Part shown: positions 8,745-14,298 of the stretch, in pieces
Numbering within the stretch: position 1 is the stretch's first letter
Layout of the letters: each line of letters begins with the position of its first letter
Source: a virus
UHGV virus genome: UHGV-0208508
Direction: 5' to 3' (one strand)
DNA length: 14,298 nt
The notes under the pieces: model-generated
The model's input: the letters and a program-made list of their open reading frames with translations, nothing else
Told to the model about the DNA's origin: nothing
Databases searched by the model: none
Position numbers and translations under genes: made by a program

Positions 8745-8996
8745 GTTTTTATCTCGATTATCTATTGTTATATACAAATGAGATTTAACGCACTGACAAA
8801 TTATATGCAGCACAACTATTGATAAAAACAAAATGGATGACATTTTTATCATATCTATTGGCGGCATTCCTTGCTGAAAAAGAAATCCAAATAAAATAGT
8901 AAGCAAGGCGCAAGAAAGGAGTATTAATAAAGTAGATAGCGTTCCTAAAAGTATTTTTAAAATAGCAATAGAAGCATTATTCATAATATTCACCAT
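8718..8996 (-). CDS. Hypothetical small hydrophobic (two predicted transmembrane segments) protein encoded antisense in an AT-rich island; may be an artefact of AT-rich composition
   Basis: 92-codon minus-strand ORF, strongly hydrophobic (ASIAILKILLGTLSTLLILLSCALLTILFGFLF and MSSILFLSIVVLHIICQCV). No convincing Shine-Dalgarno sequence at the first ATG (a weak GGTG precedes the second ATG). AT-rich DNA readily yields Ile/Leu/Phe-rich ORFs by chance. Confidence 0.25.
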   Translation of the reverse strand: MVNIMNNASIAILKILLGTLSTLLILLSCALLTILFGFLFQQGMPPIDMIKMSSILFLSIVVLHIICQCVKSHLYITIDNRDKNLVKYLNRD

Positions 8997-9002
8997 TTAA
9001 AA

Positions 9003-9026
9003 GGCCGCGCTTGCGGTTTTTTTATT
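9003..9026 (+). terminator. Putative rho-independent terminator-like hairpin with T-tract (CCGC-GCTT-GCGG followed by TTTTTTT), flanked upstream by an A-run so possibly bidirectional
   Basis: Short GC stem (4-5 bp) with a tetraloop, directly followed by 7 T residues on the plus strand. It lies about 20 nt upstream of the first fiber gene's ribosome-binding site. Confidence 0.4.
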
Positions 9027-9045
9027 GCCTAATCCCGGAGGATAC

Positions 9046-11790
9046 ATGGCACTAACCCTTTTGGCTACAAACAACGCAGAAAGCACGCTGGCTTCTGCTA
9101 TCAGCGCAACCGACACGTCGCTGATCGTTAGCGCTGGAACTGGTGCCGAGTTCCCTGATGCTGTGGCAGGCGAGAGCTACTTTAAACTCACGCTCACCGA
9201 TGCCGCCACCGGCTCACAGGTTGAGATCGTGAACGTGACAGCTAAGGCTGGGGACATCTTCACGATTGAACGTGCGCAAGAAGGAACGCTGGCGCGTTCG
9301 TGGGCGGCCAACGACATGGTTGCCAACATGATGACGGCGGATACGCTGAACATTATCGCTCAATATGCCCAGCAGGCAGCTGCATCAGCAGCACAGGCTG
9401 CTGAGTATGCAGATAACGCTTCTGACTACGCACAGAATAAGTTCACGTTCTTTAAGACCGCCAGCGATCCTGATGGCACTATTGCCGGGCTGGCCGCAAC
9501 GACTGAAGGGCAGTCATTCTGGGTAGCCCAAGGTCCAGATGCGCTTTCTGCTGCATGGCAGTATCAGAATGTTGCGGGTGTAGCCGTGTTACAGGCTAAG
9601 CAGCCAGGAACAGCGGCTATAACCGGGACAATCCGCGAATTTCCCACGCTGGAGGCGGCACAGGCCGACGCCGATGCTGGCAATATTCCTACAGGTTCAA
9701 ATGCGTATTATCGAAGCGCTGACGACACAACTCTTGCGATTGAGGTAATCAACAACGCCGGTACGTTGACAGCAACCGGAAGAAAAATTCCAGCGTATTC
9801 CGCTTTGCGCAGAGGCAACATTTTATTCGACGCATTTAATGAATATTCAGCTGTTGATCCTAAGTTTGGTGCCTGGGACTGGTATCGCGGAGCTACTGTT
9901 ACATTTAGTACTACTGATGCCAACATTCCGTTACCGACTCCAGTGGCACAGTATTCCGGCGTATGGTCTGCAGATAAATATTATGACCTTGCCCGCCTGC
10001 CTGTAAGGGTAGGCGATCAATTAACCTTTTCTGTGCTGGCATGGTTTCAGGATGCCGGTGCTAAGTTCCATATATTCTGGATGTCCGCGAGCGGTACGAT
10101 AATATCCTCAAAATCCGTAACTGGACTGGCTTCAGGAATTAATGTTCCAGTTTTAACAGATATTGTTCCTGCTGGGGCGTCGTATGTACGAATTCGCGTA
10201 GAAAACACGACAACAGGATCGTTCAAGGTGGGAGCCTATGCGTCCGCTGTTGGTTCTATTCAGCCTGAATTTATTCGTGCCGCTCCTGACAAGACCTATA
10301 TGTCAGCGATTGTCTCTTCAGGCATCGCTGGCCTAACCTCGCGCGTGGATGCGTTGCAGGGGGCCATTTCTGTTGGGTATCCGTATGCAGCGACCTGGCA
10401 GGTTGGTAAATTTGTAAACCCAAATACCGGGGAAATAACAGATAATGCTGCGCTGAACTGTACCATAATTCCTCATAGTGACGGGGACGGTTGGCTGGTT
10501 ACTGCTCTCGTTACTGGATCGGCCACAGCTCTGGCTGTGTATATGAATGCGGCTGGCACAGTGCTGGGAGTGGAGGGGCGCGGAACAACAACGCCGCAGC
10601 AGTATACGAATTACCGCCTTAACGTTCCGTCGGGAACCACGCAGATCGGCATAACCGGTCGTAATTCTGCTCCAATGTCTGTTAAGAAATTGGCCGTTGT
10701 TGAAACTGCTACTGTACTGGCTAGCATCGATTCTCTCGATTCACGTGTACAGAAAATAGAAGATTCGCTGGTTTACGATTTCGTTCAGCAGGATGTCCCT
10801 ATTACGTCTGGAGCATATATAAACCGATCTACCGGTGCCGTCGTAACAAACTCTGCATTTGATTGTTCGATATTTGACTATACAACAGGAGATCGCTGGA
10901 AAGTTACGGCAAGGGTGAATGGAACGAGCGTATCACTCGCTGTATATTTTAATTCAGTGGGCACTGTCATTGGGACGGAAGGCGATGGTACATCAGCATC
11001 TGTGGATTACATTGATTATGAGCTGACGCCACCAACCGGCACTGCCAGGATAGGCATCACAACACGGGTTGCACTTCCTATAGTTGCTAAAAAATATGTC
11101 ATTGTTCCCAGCGGAAGTACAGTAAGTCCGTGGTCGGGAAAAATTATTGATGTAATGGGAGACAGCAACGTAGCCTATAACAAATGGCAACCGCTGGTTG
11201 CTAGTGAACTTGGTTGTTCTTTCCTGAACCATGGTGTTGGTGGTTCAAAGATCGCCAAACCCGATAGTTCACCGACACAAATCAGCATGTGTGACGACGC
11301 CAGGATTAATGCCCTCGATACGACGGCCACTGCCTGGATTTGTGGCCCGTGGGGGACAAATGACTGGGCGCAAAATATACCCATTGGAACTATTAGTGAC
11401 ACTGTGAATACCACGGTCTATGGTGCGCTAGTCATAATTGCACAAAAGCTTAGGGCGAGAGCACCAACCAAGCCTATTTTTTGGGTTACTCCATTCAACG
11501 GAGATTATGAAACTGGGAGGACTAGTTCATGGGTTGATGGGGAAACTAACCAATATGGCAGGGTGTCTGATTATTCTGCTGCAATTCGAGCTGTAGCTCT
11601 GCGATATGGCTTCCCATTGATTGATTTAAATGCAGATTGTGGGTGGACAAAATTTAATAGTAGTTATTTTTTGCTAACGGAAGGTGATACTAACCCTTCT
11701 CATATTCATTTAAATGATAGTGCTGGTCCAGCCAGAATTTCGGAGTTGGTAATAGATCGTTTAACGGCCCTTGCGAATTTGGCCAACTAG
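9046..11790 (+). CDS. Tail fiber / tailspike protein with C-terminal SGNH/GDSL-family hydrolase (esterase-like) domain (about 914 aa from ATG 9046)
   Basis: GGAGGA ribosome-binding site before ATG 9046. N-terminal about 105 aa is homologous to the N-terminus of the downstream fiber. An Ala/Gln-rich probable coiled-coil segment follows, then beta-rich repeats. The C-terminus carries GDS (VMGDSNV), a conserved Gly block (NHGVGGSK), GxND (WGTNDW) and a His block (NPSHIHLND). Confidence 0.85.
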   Translation: MALTLLATNNAESTLASAISATDTSLIVSAGTGAEFPDAVAGESYFKLTLTDAATGSQVEIVNVTAKAGDIFTIERAQEGTLARSWAANDMVANMMTADTLNIIAQYAQQAAASAAQAAEYADNASDYAQNKFTFFKTASDPDGTIAGLAATTEGQSFWVAQGPDALSAAWQYQNVAGVAVLQAKQPGTAAITGTIREFPTLEAAQADADAGNIPTGSNAYYRSADDTTLAIEVINNAGTLTATGRKIPAYSALRRGNILFDAFNEYSAVDPKFGAWDWYRGATVTFSTTDANIPLPTPVAQYSGVWSADKYYDLARLPVRVGDQLTFSVLAWFQDAGAKFHIFWMSASGTIISSKSVTGLASGINVPVLTDIVPAGASYVRIRVENTTTGSFKVGAYASAVGSIQPEFIRAAPDKTYMSAIVSSGIAGLTSRVDALQGAISVGYPYAATWQVGKFVNPNTGEITDNAALNCTIIPHSDGDGWLVTALVTGSATALAVYMNAAGTVLGVEGRGTTTPQQYTNYRLNVPSGTTQIGITGRNSAPMSVKKLAVVETATVLASIDSLDSRVQKIEDSLVYDFVQQDVPITSGAYINRSTGAVVTNSAFDCSIFDYTTGDRWKVTARVNGTSVSLAVYFNSVGTVIGTEGDGTSASVDYIDYELTPPTGTARIGITTRVALPIVAKKYVIVPSGSTVSPWSGKIIDVMGDSNVAYNKWQPLVASELGCSFLNHGVGGSKIAKPDSSPTQISMCDDARINALDTTATAWICGPWGTNDWAQNIPIGTISDTVNTTVYGALVIIAQKLRARAPTKPIFWVTPFNGDYETGRTSSWVDGETNQYGRVSDYSAAIRAVALRYGFPLIDLNADCGWTKFNSSYFLLTEGDTNPSHIHLNDSAGPARISELVIDRLTALANLAN
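10405..11106 (+). repeat. Two tandem homologous domain repeats of about 100 codons each inside the first fiber gene (about 10405-10701 and 10810-11106), diverged at nucleotide level
   Basis: Protein-level alignment by eye: GWLVTALVTGSATALAVYMNAAGTVLGVEGRGTTTPQQYTNYRLNVPSGTTQIGITGR versus RWKVTARVNGTSVSLAVYFNSVGTVIGTEGDGTSASVDYIDYELTPPTGTARIGITTR. Confidence 0.6.
11131..11787 (+). other. SGNH/GDSL hydrolase-like catalytic domain at the C-terminus of the first fiber (predicted catalytic Ser codon at 11164-11166)
   Basis: Ordered motif blocks typical of SGNH hydrolases: GDS near the domain start, a conserved Gly, GxND, and a C-terminal Asp/His block. Assigned from motif order only, with no profile search. 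Confidence 0.6.
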
Positions 11791-11865
11791 ATATTTATTG
11801 TCTTTGAAGTGAGGCTATTTCTGCGATGTTTATTCTGATAATTCCATTATTTAACAGGGGTATAT

Positions 11866-12897
11866 ATGGCGCTTAAGCTATTAGCCAATAATAACGCAAA
11901 GAGTGTTCTCGCTGCGGGTATTAGCGCGTCCGCTACCGTTATTACCGTGGGTACCGGAGCGGGGGCTTTATTCCCTTCCCCTGTATCTGGACAGAGTTAT
12001 TTCAAATTAACGATAACCGACGCGGCCACGAAAACAATTTCTGAAATTATGCACGTCACGTCTGTATCCGGTGACGTGATGACAGTAATTCGTGGTCAGG
12101 AAGGAACTACGGCACGCGTATGGTCAACAAATGACATTGTCGCGAATCTAATGACAGCCGGATCATTGTTATCGTTCCTGCAGATCAGTAATAACCTGTC
12201 AGAAATTAAAGATGCCGGTGATGATGCGGTAAATGAAGCCCGTTATAACCTCGGAATATCTGATTCCTCTGGTTTTGTCGGGCGTTCACTTGGCGCTCCA
12301 AAAGTTTTCTATGCAAACGGAACCTATACGCGATCTCCTCTGGCCCGTTATGCAAAAGTAACGTTGACCGGTGCCGGTGGCGGCGGTGGCGGCTGCCAGG
12401 CATCTAATAACACCGAAACCTTTTCCGGTGCCGGCGGCGGCGCGGGTGCGACCATTATCGTATGGGTTGACCTGTCTGCTGCCAGTTCTTACGCGATTAC
12501 TGTCGGCAAGGGTGGTAAGGGCGGAGTTGGCGCAGTAAGTGGTGCGGATGGTGGTGCTACCTCGTTTGCCAGCCTGTTCTCAGCTCCTGGCGGGAAAGGC
12601 GGCGTGAAGTCAGGCGTGTCCAATACCGCCGGCGGCGCCGGAGGTACGGCGGCGACCGGAGATATCAGGATCAACGGTGGTACCGGCTCAGATGGACAGA
12701 CAGGCTCAAGCCTTCTGACGGGAAACGGCGGGGCGTCGTATTTTGGCGGCGGTGGCCGGGCGGGTTCTCAGGCCGGTATTGCTGGCGCAGCTCCCGGATC
12801 CGGTGGTGGTGGCGCGTATGACCTTGGGTTTACCGGTACGGCATTTACCGGTGGTGATGGTGCTACTGGCATGGCGATCGTGGAAGAATTCGCGTAA
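11866..12897 (+). CDS. Second tail fiber / receptor-binding protein with glycine-rich C-terminal domain (343 aa)
   Basis: AGGGG ribosome-binding site before ATG 11866. N-terminal about 105 aa aligns with the first fiber N-terminus (MALxLLAxNNAxSxLAxxISAxxT...SYFKLTxTDAAT...QEGTxAR.W..ND.VAN.MTA). The C-terminal about 180 aa are dominated by GG/GGG/GGGG motifs separated by short variable segments. Confidence 0.8.
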   Translation: MALKLLANNNAKSVLAAGISASATVITVGTGAGALFPSPVSGQSYFKLTITDAATKTISEIMHVTSVSGDVMTVIRGQEGTTARVWSTNDIVANLMTAGSLLSFLQISNNLSEIKDAGDDAVNEARYNLGISDSSGFVGRSLGAPKVFYANGTYTRSPLARYAKVTLTGAGGGGGGCQASNNTETFSGAGGGAGATIIVWVDLSAASSYAITVGKGGKGGVGAVSGADGGATSFASLFSAPGGKGGVKSGVSNTAGGAGGTAATGDIRINGGTGSDGQTGSSLLTGNGGASYFGGGGRAGSQAGIAGAAPGSGGGGAYDLGFTGTAFTGGDGATGMAIVEEFA

Positions 12898-12901
12898 TGG
12901 C

Positions 12902-14062
12902 TTACACTCCTGCACGACCATCGATGTAATCAGCCCACCACTGCATCATTTCTCTGCGCTTATCTAGATACTGAGCATGGTTGTAAATACCGCGCACAGA
13001 TCCGCCGTTGGCATGTGCCAGCTGCACTTCAATAGCGTCAGCAGGCCATTCGTGCTCGTTCATAATCGTGCTGAATTCATGCCTGAATCCGTGACCGCTT
13101 TCCAGACCCTCATAGCCGATTTGTTTGATCACAAGCAGTACCGCATTCTCGCAGATTGGCTTCTTCTTATCGTTGCGCCCGGCAAAAACAAACTCTGAGA
13201 CTGGTTTGGTGATTGAGCTTAGCGTAGTGAGAAGTTCAACCACCTGGTCTGACATAGGAACAACATGAATCTTGCGGCCCTTCATCACACTGGCGTCGAT
13301 AGTGATAATCCTGTTTTCAAAATCGACGTTCTTCCATAGCATGGAACGAAGCTCTTTTGTTCTGAGGGCTGTGTAGCGTAAAACTTTGGTCGCAATGAGC
13401 GATACGATACTTCCTGAAAATGTTGCCAGTGCTTTGTTGAATGCAGGGATCTGGTCTGCTGGGAGAAACGGGAAGTTCTTCTTGCGGTATCCCTTCATGG
13501 CGTCAGCAAGGTCAGGTGCCGGGTTATATTTAGCCCTTCCGGTGACAATAGCGTAACGGAAAACCTCGCCGCATCTTCTGCGTGCTTTGTTGGCTCGCTC
13601 CATTGCACCGCGATCTTCAAATCTGCGGATTACTTCCAGCAGTTGCATCGGCTCAATATCCTGAATTTCAAGGCCGCCGATGATAGGTAAAATGTCGTCA
13701 TCAAACATTTTTGCAAGTTCAGTTGCATACCCTACTGACCATACTTGCTTCTTGTGCTCGTACCATTCTTTGTAAATCGCACTAAAGGAATTGTTGTTAG
13801 ACGAAGCCTTTTTCGCTTTTACCGGATCGATGCCAACCGAGATGTCTTTCCTCGCGGTCCATGCTTTATCTCTTGCCTCCTGCAAAGTCATAAGCGGATA
13901 TTTTCCGACGGTCAGGATTTTCTCCTTACCGTCAATCTTGTAGCGAAGCTGCCATACCTTTTTCCCTGACACAGGGACATAAAGGTACAGGCCATTACCA
14001 TCGAGTAGGCGGTATGGTTTTTCTTTCGGCTTTGCTGCTTCAATCTGCTTAACGGTGAGCAT
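12902..14062 (-). CDS. Phage integrase, tyrosine recombinase of the P4/IntS-like family (386 aa from the ATG at 14060-14062; an in-frame GTG at 14096-14098 would add 12 codons)
   Basis: 398-codon minus-strand ORF with C-terminal catalytic-domain signatures (HGFRHEF for His-x-x-Arg, and RGIYNHAQY with the presumptive catalytic Tyr) and an N-terminal arm-type DNA-binding region. It lies about 125-160 bp from a co-oriented tRNA gene, the canonical integrase-tRNA arrangement. Confidence 0.9.
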   Translation of the reverse strand: MLTVKQIEAAKPKEKPYRLLDGNGLYLYVPVSGKKVWQLRYKIDGKEKILTVGKYPLMTLQEARDKAWTARKDISVGIDPVKAKKASSNNNSFSAIYKEWYEHKKQVWSVGYATELAKMFDDDILPIIGGLEIQDIEPMQLLEVIRRFEDRGAMERANKARRRCGEVFRYAIVTGRAKYNPAPDLADAMKGYRKKNFPFLPADQIPAFNKALATFSGSIVSLIATKVLRYTALRTKELRSMLWKNVDFENRIITIDASVMKGRKIHVVPMSDQVVELLTTLSSITKPVSEFVFAGRNDKKKPICENAVLLVIKQIGYEGLESGHGFRHEFSTIMNEHEWPADAIEVQLAHANGGSVRGIYNHAQYLDKRREMMQWWADYIDGRAGV

Positions 14063-14223
14063 GGGTAAAAATCCGGTGGGTAAAATTATTTTATCCACTT
14101 TTTACCCGTCATGGAGTGCGGCTGTCAACGATCTGACGCGAACCATTACGAACTGTGAATCTACGGAAGGCTTGATATTCAGGGGATTTTGCGGACTGGT
14201 ACGGATGGGAGCGAACTGATAAA

Positions 14224-14298
14224 TGGTGTCCCCTGCAGGAATCGAACCTGCAATTAGCCCTTAGGAGGGGCTCGTTATATCCATTTAACTAAGAGGAC
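14224..14298 (-). tRNA. argW: tRNA-Arg (anticodon CCU), 75 nt including 3' CCA; its 5' end coincides with the window edge
   Basis: The reverse complement reads GTCCTCTTAGTTAAATGGATATAACGAGCCCCTCCTAAGGGCTAATTGCAGGTTCGATTCCTGCAGGGGACACCA. It folds as a cloverleaf with a 7 bp acceptor stem (GTCCTCT/AGGGGAC), T-arm GCAGG-TTCGATT-CCTGC, and anticodon loop CUCCUAA (anticodon CCU). It matches my recollection of enterobacterial argW. Confidence 0.88.

Larger units (their letters stand above)
1..14245. mobile_element. Prophage, integrase-proximal end (contractile-tail structural module plus integrase), integrated next to tRNA-Arg; left boundary lies outside the window
   Basis: Uninterrupted co-directional phage tail/baseplate/fiber operon, tyrosine integrase adjacent to a tRNA gene, and heterogeneous base composition by eye. 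The att core is expected to overlap the tRNA 3' end near 14224-14245. Confidence 0.8.

Noticed and set aside
8780-8990. Sigma-70 promoter candidates in the AT-rich island (for example TTGCTG with TAAAAT around 8870-8897, and TAGATA with TAAAAT around 8933-8963)
   Set aside because: The -35 elements are poor and the spacers are 15 or 19 bp. AT-rich DNA yields -10-like hexamers by chance, so these were not reported as features.
12361-12897. Glycine-codon-rich stretch (GGN runs) as a simple tandem DNA repeat or CRISPR-like array
   Set aside because: There are no regularly spaced identical direct repeats with unique spacers. The periodicity is at the codon level inside a continuous ORF with a fiber N-terminus, so it is a protein-coding low-complexity domain.
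1-14298. Defence systems (restriction-modification, toxin-antitoxin, abortive infection, CRISPR-Cas) or other non-structural cargo
   Set aside because: Every sizeable ORF is accounted for by the tail/baseplate/fiber operon or the integrase. No nuclease, methyltransferase, ATPase or Cas-like motifs were seen in any translation. The only unexplained candidate is the antisense hydrophobic ORF in the AT-rich island, which is reported separately with low confidence.

Overview
This window reads as the integrase-proximal end of an enterobacterial prophage with a contractile (myovirus-type) tail. A co-directional plus-strand operon with tightly coupled gene ends runs from the window start to about 12.9 kb: a partial structural gene (possible sheath), tube-sized and chaperone-sized ORFs, tape measure, three uncharacterized tail/baseplate ORFs, then a P2/Mu-like baseplate block (gpV-like spike, W/gp25-like, J-like, I-like) and two tandem tail-fiber genes. 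A P4-type tyrosine integrase on the minus strand converges on the second fiber gene and sits next to a minus-strand tRNA-Arg(CCU) (argW-type) at the window edge, which is the likely attachment site. No CRISPR, rRNA or recognisable defence system is present. The points most worth follow-up are the two fibers, which share an N-terminal domain but carry different distal modules (an SGNH/GDSL esterase-like domain and a glycine-rich adhesin-like domain), a ~280 bp AT-rich island with a hairpin/T-tract and an antisense hydrophobic ORF between the baseplate genes and the fibers, and an apparent compositional mosaic break inside the tape-measure gene. All functional calls come from reading the translations, gene order and motifs by eye; no database search or computation was run, and composition statements are qualitative.
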